A stretch of DNA of 63,944 nt, the filler included, from Aduncisulcus paluster (Eukaryota), in NCBI GenBank assembly GCA_024181965.1. It is 5 parts of 5 records of this genome, joined end to end, with 100 filler letters (N's around TTAATTAATTAA, not from the genome) between each part and the next. Parts side by side here need not be neighbours in the genome. Positions count along the whole stretch, not along the records: positions 35,231 to 43,398 come from BQXS01012620.1; positions 43,499 to 62,301 come from BQXS01012621.1; 3 more parts are not named here. The stretch is one strand, 5' to 3'. The translations under genes were made by a program, and so were the position numbers. Positions 35,131-44,666 of the stretch are shown here, piece after piece (position 1 is the first letter of the stretch; every line of letters starts with the position of its first letter). The notes below the pieces were generated by a model, which ran no database searches, had not been told where the DNA came from, and saw only the letters and a program-made list of their open reading frames with translations.

Positions 35131-35230
35131 NNNNNNNNNNNNNNNNNNNNNNNNNNNNNNNNNNNNNNNNNNNNTTAATTAATTAANNNNNNNNNNNNNN
35201 NNNNNNNNNNNNNNNNNNNNNNNNNNNNNN

Positions 35231-35434
35231 GACCACTGAAGAAGTGGGAGGTAGGGCGGAAGAGGAGGCTTGACCATCGACCACTGAAGAAGTGGGAGGT
35301 AGGGCGGAAGAGGAGGAATCGGTCTTCTGCTTTTCTTTCTCGAGCCTTTCTTTCTCGAGCCTTTCTTTCTCGAGCTTTTCGAGCTTTTTTCTCTCCGCCT
35401 CAGCCTTTCTAGCAGTTTGTTTGCTTCTAGCCAT
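35231..35434 (-). CDS. Protein with histone H3 N-terminal mimic (MARSKQTARK), charged EKERL repeats and an S/P-rich repeat; 3'-truncated by contig end
   Basis: ATG 35434 (in-frame ATG also at 35440) after a (TA)n run; 8 of 9 residues identical to H3 1-9; no histone fold in the visible part. Confidence 0.65.
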
Positions 35435-36414
35435 GTCCATATATATATATATGCAGGAAAAGGTGAGATTATTTATACTCAACGCCGGTCGGGCGCATAC
35501 TAAGATATTTAGTAGCAATATGTTGTTTTATTGGCTTGTCTAATTTCTCACCGTATATATATCACGGGGAATATGATCATTAAGCCAAGAAGGAGATATG
35601 GCTGACTTAGCAATTGCGACGTATATATCATAAGGCAAAGACATCACATGTAAATTAAATTGGTAGCAAGGTAATAAATCTGGCAAACTCATGATTTCTA
35701 GTATAAAATATATCGCTGTTCATTCATATCACCTTATAACTTGATGATTATAAAGTATATCATGTCGAATCCATTTCCTTAACCCTCTGCTAGGCGTAAA
35801 CTGATTTTTCCTTCACGTATTTATTTGTAATAGTCGACTTTTCCTTTAACCTGGATGCAAAATAAAATTAATATAATATTAACGTATATATTATTTAAAA
35901 CGTGTTATATTGGATATATATATATTCTATCACGGGCGACAAAAAATGACCCTTTTTTAAGAGTTCAATGTTTTTAATATTATATTCATAATGCTAATAT
36001 ACTATATGGGGGAATATATAAATATCATTTTATTTAAACTTCCTAAACGCATCAGGTACTACCTGATAGTAGAGGACATTTTATTTTGAAAAAACGACTT
36101 TTTTTAGCGTGCACTACTACACCAGTGGGATTTATAGGCTATATTAGTATGGCATAATTTCTGTCTTGCTATATTTTCAATATTTTTGGTGGTTTATAGC
36201 TAGAATAATTTTGTGATTTTTTTTTTTGAAATTTTCCTAGGAGGGTGTTTACATTTCGTTATTGAGCCATTTTGGCTTATAATAAAATATTAATATTATT
36301 TAACTATAATATGATGCTTTATTTTATCATATAATATAATTATATTATATGGGTTCGATACATGATCATGGCGATCTAGTCGAGACGAATCATAAAGAAG
36401 AACATTAATTGTTT

Positions 36415-37269
36415 TTATTTACTTCCACGGGAAGACGTGCGACGTTTAATGGGCCTTGTGTCACGGGATTCGGCAGTGACAGCCTGAATATCCTCTATTG
36501 TGGCTGTGTAGCCCCTACAACTCGAATGGCCACAGTTACACGGAATTAGGTCGGCTTGTGTGTCCGCTGAGTGACGATAATCAATTGTCATCTCCTCTCC
36601 CTCGTGAATAATAGTCTTGGCCCGAAATAAAAGGAGGGTACTGACCTCATCGACAAATAGATTGGGCCCACAGGAGTGATTGACATATTTCATGGCACAT
36701 GGTACATCGGTCGCATCAATAAGGTCTCCACAGAGTCTTGCGAACGTGTAATGACCGATGGTACTCTTTGCAGACATTCCAATACTGGGTGGTGCTGCTT
36801 TTCCCCAATATTCGCCAATTATTTCCCCTGGAAGGATGGTTCGTGTACTAAAACAGCCATATCCGGCAATAGAACTGGGCTTCACATGGTAGGGGAACCC
36901 AACACCACCAAATTCCAGACTCGACGGTGGGAAGGGTACATCAAGTCTTTGGTTGAACTGATAGAGGGTTGGAAGGTATTTATACATTTGGAAATTAAGT
37001 GGGGATTCCCTGAAGAGTTGAACTAGTCTCCGAAGAGGCGTTTCCCAATCACATCCGACATGCAAATATTTGCAGGCGTCAGCAGAATCTAGTCGTGCCA
37101 GTGCTGTCCGTAAATAACCGTATTTGACAATAAGTTCTTGTCCAAACAGATATAGGACAACCGTGTCTCCATCTTTTGGGACAAGACGATGGCAGGGGAG
37201 TGTGATTATGCGAAACCTGGTGAGGAAGGGGAGGCATTCGGTAAGACTTGTATATTTCTCTATATCCAT
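36415..37269 (-). CDS. SET-domain lysine methyltransferase with post-SET motif (start could be 37422)
   Basis: SSIAGYGCF, GEIIGEYWG, IDAT...KYVNHSCGPN, GEEMTIDY, CNCGHSSCRGY; basic C-terminal RPIKRR. Confidence 0.92.
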   Translation of the reverse strand: MDIEKYTSLTECLPFLTRFRIITLPCHRLVPKDGDTVVLYLFGQELIVKYGYLRTALARLDSADACKYLHVGCDWETPLRRLVQLFRESPLNFQMYKYLPTLYQFNQRLDVPFPPSSLEFGGVGFPYHVKPSSIAGYGCFSTRTILPGEIIGEYWGKAAPPSIGMSAKSTIGHYTFARLCGDLIDATDVPCAMKYVNHSCGPNLFVDEVSTLLLFRAKTIIHEGEEMTIDYRHSADTQADLIPCNCGHSSCRGYTATIEDIQAVTAESRDTRPIKRRTSSRGSK

Positions 37270-37421
37270 AACGAGCCTTATATGGGCAACATATATTTGA
37301 GTGGAGAGAGGAGGTAATTTTATCATCACGAAACAAAAACGTGGGTTATGAGATATTGAGATCAGGTTATGATAATATGGCAAATTACCACCGCGGATGA
37401 TATTATAGTGAGTAATTTTCA

Positions 37422-37474
37422 TATTATTTTATTATTTATTTTCATGTTTATGGTGGTAAACATAGGTTGAAGGC
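37422..37474. promoter_or_regulatory. 53-bp intergenic element repeated at 40706-40758
   Basis: 48/53 identical, same orientation, each upstream of a minus-strand ORF; regulatory role inferred. Confidence 0.45.
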
Positions 37475-37534
37475 GGTGTCTAGAGGGGAGTTATCTTGTA
37501 AGGTGGAAATTAGATATCCGGACCAAAGAGACAT

Positions 37535-38263
37535 TTATTCTATATCTTCAATTATCGGTTCTGCAGTGAATTGATACTTGCAAGTTTTCAGATGAGGGAG
37601 TTTCCCGGTAACCATTGCATCGCGTCCTTGTAACCGAATAGTAAGTATAAATTTGCCACACGAGGTACATTTTGCTCTTACACGTTTTTTTGTGCGGTCC
37701 TCATAATAAACTACGTCACATGGTCTAAGGGAGGACGTTATCTTGTCTTTGAGCTTTCCTAGTGGTGCCACAATCTTACTTAGCAGGGAGTAATCGGTGA
37801 ATATTTTCGCCGCTGGCCATTCTTTAGTGGGCACACCTGATATCTGTTCGAGATCAACTGATCCAGTTGGATGCAGCAATGTAAAGTGGTAGGACTCGAG
37901 CGCTACCCAGATAACATCTGATTCGGCGTCACCTCGGTTATAGAGAGTGATTCCACCCTGATCAACAATAGCGACGCAAATTTTTGCAGCTTTTGCAAAC
38001 GCAAAAATTTCATCGGAAGTCGCAAGATAGTCGTGGTCCAGGGCTTCACCAACAGTCTTGGAACCGCCAAGATAGGCCAAACATTTCATAGTTACACCGA
38101 GTCTTTTGGCAAGCTTCTCGTGAACCTTCCCAGTAAGGGCTGCGGACATGCAGAAATAAAAACAAAGATTATCCGTGCCACTTACGTAAGTTAACTTGGG
38201 GCAGTGCCCGAAAATAGCAGTAACAAGCTGTAAAATATTGCGGGAGAGGGTATAACCTTCCAT
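37535..38263 (-). CDS. OTU-like cysteine protease fused to a C-terminal CxxC...HxxxC zinc finger
   Basis: VSGTDNLCFYFCMS (Cys box), DEIFAFAKAAKICVAIV, IWVALESYHFTLL (His box); RVRAKCTSC...MVTGKLPHLKTC. Confidence 0.65.
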   Translation of the reverse strand: MEGYTLSRNILQLVTAIFGHCPKLTYVSGTDNLCFYFCMSAALTGKVHEKLAKRLGVTMKCLAYLGGSKTVGEALDHDYLATSDEIFAFAKAAKICVAIVDQGGITLYNRGDAESDVIWVALESYHFTLLHPTGSVDLEQISGVPTKEWPAAKIFTDYSLLSKIVAPLGKLKDKITSSLRPCDVVYYEDRTKKRVRAKCTSCGKFILTIRLQGRDAMVTGKLPHLKTCKYQFTAEPIIEDIE

Positions 38264-38395
38264 TACTCGGTCAAATCCAAATTTCCGGGGATATCAACGG
38301 GTTACCACAAAAAATATATTAATCGTTATTGCATTGCGCTTAATTAGATTACGATAGATTTAATTAGAGGTGGTATTTTATTTTATTTAGTAGAA

Positions 38396-39103
38396 TCATA
38401 CCAAATCAGAGAGAGAATCTGAATCTTCTTGATCCGGACAGACCTCCAATGCGGACAACATCGGCTGAGAGAGAATGTCGCTACCGGTTGCAAATTCCTC
38501 TATGAAAGCTGATTGGGAGCTTACAGTGGTTCCCCACTCCTTTGGGTCATCGCGGTAAGCCTCAATCAGTTTAACATCAGTGGCAGGAAGATCGGTTCTG
38601 AACCGTGTGATTGACTTGGAGAGAGATTCTTTGTTTCTCTTGAGGTTACTAAACGTATTAGTAACAGCTACAGCAAACTGTTTCTCAAAAAAAGACAAGA
38701 TCTCCGCATCGGTCGAACCACACAGTATCCTGCCAAAGAATGGGTCGCCGGCAATGGTCTTCACAGCAATGGCGTTTGCTTTTGCCCTGGGGAGGTTTCT
38801 TCTACCCGAAACAAGTTTGTTCTTGTACTCGAGTTGGCAGAGAGCAGCGAGACGACGAAGGGCTATCTTCCCGATTAGTGCCTTGCACCTATCCTTATAC
38901 TCCTGGGCGACAGAGAGAAAGGATTCAAATGACCCCGGAGTGATGTCACTGAGGCTTTTAATGTCTCTTGGGGTGGTGAGATGCTCGATGGAATCGAGCT
39001 TGGCCTTAATGACTCTCAATTCGGAAGCAATTTTAGCATCCACCCTCTTAAGGTTGGAGTTGAGCTTAGTGGCATAAGGTGGCACTTCTGACTGTTCGGG
39101 CAT
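38396..39103 (-). CDS. Orphan 235-aa protein, probably Gag (capsid N-domain)-derived
   Basis: Coiled-coil, then LSDITPGSFESFLSVAQEYKDR aligns ungapped with Gypsy Gag LEVLSAKAYETFITQYKAYESR. Confidence 0.55.
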   Translation of the reverse strand: MPEQSEVPPYATKLNSNLKRVDAKIASELRVIKAKLDSIEHLTTPRDIKSLSDITPGSFESFLSVAQEYKDRCKALIGKIALRRLAALCQLEYKNKLVSGRRNLPRAKANAIAVKTIAGDPFFGRILCGSTDAEILSFFEKQFAVAVTNTFSNLKRNKESLSKSITRFRTDLPATDVKLIEAYRDDPKEWGTTVSSQSAFIEEFATGSDILSQPMLSALEVCPDQEDSDSLSDLV

Positions 39104-39432
39104 TTCAAGAAGTATGGTATTCGCCGTAGGATAATAGTACGATTTATTTCAGGAGTAAAACCTTCTCTATTCCTTATTCTTTGTGGCTGGAAGCGTTTAC
39201 AAATATTCCTTTTTGTGAATTACTGTGTCTTTTCCTTCTCTAATATAAAATGGAAATTCTATATTCTCCCAGAGAATAAAAATTAGAAAGGAGATATAAC
39301 AGCGAGGTTTAGGTATCATTGCCATGTTTTATTTTATCATGTGTATTTTATGTACGAATATGGGATGGTTCATCTTTCCGTCAAAATGACTAAGAGCTGG
39401 GTAAAGTGGCCAATATGTCCGATGAACAACAA

Positions 39433-39615
39433 TCACAATTCGGGAGAGGGGTTATGCTGTTCTCTCGAGGCAGAATCTGAGTCGGAAGAGGACTCGAAGC
39501 TTCCAGATGTTTCAGAATCATCATCTTGATGATATCCTGACAAAAGTGAATGTTCCAGGGTGCTGCTGGTTTTACGGGCCTTTTTACAGGCTATCTCTTG
39601 CCTTGGTTTTTTCAT
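39433..39615 (-). CDS. 60-aa peptide: H3 14-28 mimic plus acidic Ser-rich tail
   Basis: KKPRQEIACKKARKT vs H3 KAPRKQLATKAARKS (8/15 identical, no gaps); paralog at 40482-40607. Confidence 0.5.
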   Translation of the reverse strand: MKKPRQEIACKKARKTSSTLEHSLLSGYHQDDDSETSGSFESSSDSDSASREQHNPSPEL

Positions 39616-39939
39616 CGCTTTGATACTGTAACGAAAATATGGAATTTACACCCGGGGTCATATGTCTAAATTCTCTTTTATGGGTTGGTGAAAACACTTG
39701 AGTAAAAAGATATTCTAAGCCTCATTATTGTTTACTAAAGAATCAACCTAAATTATCTTTATACGAGTTGCTGGAAACAATTTAGTCGCCTGAGCGAATT
39801 TTATAATTTCCGGTAGAAAATAAAATAGAAAATGGATAAACTAGAGAGGTTTAAGTGTCAACTTGCATCGAGTGCCATGTTTTATTTGGTGATTTGTAAT
39901 TTAAGTACGAATAGGATATGGGTTCATCTTCCCGTCAAA

Positions 39940-40380
39940 ATGACTGCTCCTCCTAAATCACTTGCCTTGCATAGGCCTAGAAAGACTAGAACCCCCGACC
40001 CCATGGAGAGGGATGTCACAATAGAGAAGTCTGTGGGTATCACGTATCTGTCCAGTTCGGTTTTTTGTGCAATTTCTGGACCTATGATGTCCGTGAAAAT
40101 GTTGTTGGAACATGTGTTGGGAGAGTGTAAAGTTGCTTATTTCCACATGCGAGGTACTAAGGGGGATCGAATTATGGTTAGATGTGAGGAGTGCAGATAC
40201 CACATTCTAACCTTGGGCGGGTGTTCAAATGCAGATCGGGGCTGTTGTCTACCGTGGTGTCCAAATCCTTTAATGGTTACGAGGATTGGGGAGCACAGTC
40301 AGGAGTGCAGATTCCAATTTGTCCATGAGGATCATGAATGTGAGTGTTCTACTTCTATTGAAAGCGAAGAAAGAAAATAA
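39940..40380 (+). CDS. 146-aa zinc-finger protein with H3 14-28-like N-terminus
   Basis: MTAPPKSLALHRPRKT; finger VRCEECRYHILTL...MVTRIGEHSQECRFQF is homologous to the C-terminus of 37535-38263. Confidence 0.6.
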   Translation: MTAPPKSLALHRPRKTRTPDPMERDVTIEKSVGITYLSSSVFCAISGPMMSVKMLLEHVLGECKVAYFHMRGTKGDRIMVRCEECRYHILTLGGCSNADRGCCLPWCPNPLMVTRIGEHSQECRFQFVHEDHECECSTSIESEERK

Positions 40381-40481
40381 AGCTGCATTTAAGATAAATG
40401 TATTTTCATTATTGTTTACTAAAATCACGATTGGGGAGATGCATGATCCTGTACTTCTCGAGCATGATCTGATTGGCCCAT

Positions 40482-40607
40482 TCATCTTCCCGGGGAAGAG
40501 GGCTCGAAGCTTTCGGATGAGGTCGTATCAGATTCGGAACCATCATGGTCATGATGAGTGGGCACATGTTGTGTTCTCAGCATTAACACTTTCTTTGGTG
40601 CTACCAT
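40482..40607 (-). CDS. 41-aa peptide paralogous to 39433-39615
   Basis: MVAPKKVL...SDTTSSESFEPSS vs ...DSETSGSFESSS; same upstream motif TACT.TAAC.AAAATATGGAATT. Confidence 0.35.
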   Translation of the reverse strand: MVAPKKVLMLRTQHVPTHHDHDGSESDTTSSESFEPSSPGR

Positions 40608-41691
40608 CTGTACTATAACAAAAATATGGAATTACGGTGAGCTCCAAGTATATATATATACACGCATAATACCACCCGGGATAGTATTCTTGTAGGCAAT
40701 ATAGGTATTATTTTATTATTTATTTTCTTGTTTCTGGTGGTAATCATATGATGAAGGCCGAGTATTTATTATATATTATCATTCCGAATTGACGAGTCGT
40801 CATTCCATTTCATAAATCTAATAAAATTATTTTAACCCTTCTTAGGATTATGTTTTGTTTTAATCGGTTCATTGAGCATTGGAAGGTTGATATTGAATAT
40901 CGGCTGATACAGTGCATAAAATTTTTTGCACACACAGGATTAAATTTTTTTACTGGTCCATATTTCTAAAATTCTATATTATATTGTTTTTTTTTAATTT
41001 TCGTATCGGATCGGATTTGAATCATTTGCAAATCCATTTTTGTTTGGTTAAATCAGAAGGAGTCGGGACATGAACTGGAAATTCATATCCCTGGAACGAT
41101 GTAATGGGACTTTCCACCCCATTATATCGTTCCCCTTCTGATAATTTTTTGTTTCATTTCATTTTTTGTTTTACCTGGGTTCTATACGCAATTTTTTTTT
41201 GCTTGCCAGTTACTTTGTTTATTTTTATTGTTATTTTTATTTTTATTATTAATTAAGATTATAAACCCCCCAATAAAGAAATTCAGTAAGAATATGTATA
41301 ACATATGCATGAAGACGTATTACAATTGTATTACCAATAAATACATGTGTTGTACATTTGGTATGACATATGTTTTACATAATGTTTTTCATGTGCATTA
41401 CGCAGTGTATAGCATATGTGAAACAGTATGTTATACAATAGTTGTACATCGTGTAGTACATATGTTGGACATAGTGTTATACGTAATTTCAAAGATGTTG
41501 TACCTAATGTATACACTTTATTTGAATGGTCATACAAAATGTAGTAAATAAGTACAACCAATGTGTAGTCACTCAATGAGGAAATGTATTACCAATTAGT
41601 AATGCATTGGTTTTGCCATTATTCGGAACGACTGTGTTCTTCTCCAGGTATAGAGCTTTATAGGGTGTAAGGTGTTCTGAATCTTCAAAGG

Positions 41692-42135
41692 TCATGACTC
41701 CTCTGTGGCACCGTCTTCCTCCTGGGCATCTATCAGGTGTAGGTGTATGAAGACTGGTTTACCGTGATTCTTTTCGGGTTTTGCGAGTGTTTCTCCTGAG
41801 TGAGGCAGGGGTTGGTAGGTTTCATCGCTATCACTATCATCATAGGAAGGTGTTTGTTTTCTTTTGGGTTTTCTTTTCCTTCCTCTAGGTTTTCCCTTCC
41901 GAGGTTTTGCCTGTGATGATTTTGGATTATCACCCACGTGGGTCCGACACGTGCCCCTCCTCTCTCTTTCTGAGGCTTCTTCCTCACCTTCTTTTTCTGA
42001 CGGGGTATCCTCTTCATCTTTCTGGGTCTCATCCTCAAGGTGTGTCTCGTCAGAACTGGTTTGGGTTTCTTCTGAAGGTCGTGAGGGTGTCTCACTGGGT
42101 TTCTTCCTACTTCCTCTTCTTCTAAGTACCGAAAA
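41692..42135 (-). pseudogene. Open frame without a clear ATG: acidic stretch plus basic AT-hook-like KPRGRKRKPK
   Basis: Continuous frame LRRRGSRKKPSETPS...EEEASERE...KPRKGKPRGRKRKPKRKQ...EES*. Confidence 0.3.
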
Positions 42136-44666
42136 TCATAATATTGGAGTTGTCAGCAGCTTCATTGAAGAGAAAATGTAGAAACATCAGATTGGCTTTT
42201 CTCTACATTTATTATCGGATATTCAAGAGTTTTTCGTGATTTGAAATGTTTTTAAGAGCAAAAACATAAGGAATCATTGAAAATAAACTGTGTAATATCA
42301 AGATATTGAAAAAGAAAATTATTTCTCCTCAGATAATGATTTCTATCAAACATAAATATTTAAAGCTCGCCGCAGGTGCAAAAATTTTTCGAAATTTACT
42401 ATAATATGCGTATATTTAAACTCATTTCAAGAGGTAACACAAATTGATATTTTACATAATTCTATCCAGTTGCAAAACACAGAAACAACCTGTAAAATCG
42501 AGTTTTTATATCTCAGAACCTTTCAAAAAGCCTGAAAAAGGAGGGGAAGAGGTAGGATCAGACAGTTACCGAAACATTAGTGTTAAAAACAGAAATAGCA
42601 ATTGGAGTTTGAAATTAACACCGCAAAAGGAAAGGAAACATATTAAAACTACCTATAAACAAAGAAAAAACAAAAATGGTTAACAGACCAACTAGATATC
42701 AACCAAAATAGGGAAAAATTTACATTTTTCTTAAAAGATGCTTCAATGTCTGCAAAACTTAACACTAGAAAATATTTAATAATATCTATTGTTATTTATT
42801 TAATTAAATGCGAGATAACTGTAGGTAACATGGGTTCCCGTTTTTTATCTTTAAAATAAATCGAATAAAAATGAAAAATAAATGATTAAAAAGTTGTATT
42901 ATTTCCAGATAAATATTTAAAAAATTCCGATCTCTAAAAAATGATCCTGGAAAAAACATTTGACTTTTCAGCCTTTTGTTTCAATGTTTGTTGACAATCA
43001 ATTGGCAAGAACCAAATTAATTATTTGTTAGAATACTATATTATTTGATTCTACTGAATTATTATTATTTATTCTGTCTCTAACCTATCGGTTTGAATGT
43101 TTTGCAAATTTTAAAATCGCACTATTCATTAGAGTTTTTACACTCACGTTGGTAATCTTTCTGTTTCCTTCGTTTTCCACGGTTGCTACGACTTTTATCA
43201 CTATCAATGAACACTTGGCAGCTTTGACACTTCCAGTCTTGCCCATCATCACTTTCACAATCGCCACGGCGACTGAAGACTCAGCTCCAGTCCTTATGTT
43301 CCAGCAATGACCACCTTTCACAAGATTTCAGTGACATCAACCATCTCACAGCGACGGTATCAACACACTAGCTGCTTCATGCTCCACCAGGTGGTATTNN
43401 NNNNNNNNNNNNNNNNNNNNNNNNNNNNNNNNNNNNNNNNNNTTAATTAATTAANNNNNNNNNNNNNNNNNNNNNNNNNNNNNNNNNNNNNNNNNNNNGG
43501 CCGGGCTCGTCATTTTGAGCATAATCTTCGCATGCTGCTGTGACTTTGAGGAGAGTAGTGGGGGTGTAATGGTATTTAGCAAAGTCTGATTTCTTCATGT
43601 TTACTTTTCAACTGTAGTTACTGAATAGTCACCAATATTTGGAACAACCACATAATAAAAATAATTGCATTCTTGGAATTCCAGAAAATCGTCAAAACCA
43701 CTCATATAATCTCAGAAAGAATTGAAAACTATCGCCAACGTCTCATGAGAGACTGATTCGAAGGATGTTAAAACTCAGGAAGTGAATAGAGCCAAGTCAT
43801 TACGACACTATCCCTATCAAATCTTCAACCAGTGATGTTCTGTGCAGACTTATTTGAAGGTAGGAAAGAAACTCTAGTGGAAATAACTTTCTGGGATTTG
43901 ATTTGAGGTTTCAACTAAGTTGTTCTGAAGTCGGTTTCTCCCGTGATGTCTTGAACTTCAAGAGCACAAACAATAAATAAATATATTAAATTTTAATCTG
44001 TTCTTTACATATCAGCTGATATGATATATCGGGGCTACCGATGAGGATGTATCTGACCATCACAGTCGAATCTGGCGATTCCTCGGAAAGGTGAAGTATC
44101 ATTGTATCCATTAAGCATACAAGCAACTGATTGTCTTCCATGGATGCAGCAAAAAACGACCTTTTAATATTGCATCAACAGATTCACAACAGTCAAAGCA
44201 ACTCTATCATGTTTGTGTCTTCTTCAACGACTCTAACATCTCCAACCAACATTTGCTTCTATCATAATGAAATGATTCATATTCAGACATCTGTCAAATA
44301 ACTATTTCTGAGAAGACTGACACGCAGACAATATCATTATCCTTGGATTATTTCCAGGGAAGTAGAGATAATCGTTCAGCTGCAATCGTTTCCTCGGGCA
44401 TAGTAAATATAAGGGAGTAGATGCAGAAACATCGACTATTCTTCTCTTCCCACATTGATTTCCCTTCAATCTCACACAATACAACATTATCCAAATCTAT
44501 CGGAAGGAAGTACCATACAAAATCATGTTTAGGTTTTGTGAATTCATACCTTTTGTATATTTTCTTACCATCACAATCAGTGAAAGTGAAGAGAAGAGAG
44601 GGTGAACCCCAAACCTTANNNNNNNNNNNNNNNNNNNNACACGCAGACAATATCATTATCCTTGGA

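Noticed and set aside
35231..35434. Canonical histone H3 gene
   Set aside because: Similarity stops after K9 and is followed by charged and Ser/Pro repeats; treated as a mimic until the missing 3' end is seen.
35779..40846. piggyBac-like TTAA-CCCT ends (35779, 40832) with partial inverted matches at ~36237 and ~39841
   Set aside because: Matches are short and gapped, there is no matching TTAA-flanked TIR pair and no transposase, so they cannot define cassette boundaries.
44348..44617. Second copy of the orphan-family gene
   Set aside because: Identical gap-flanking duplication of the 3' end of 44667-45761.
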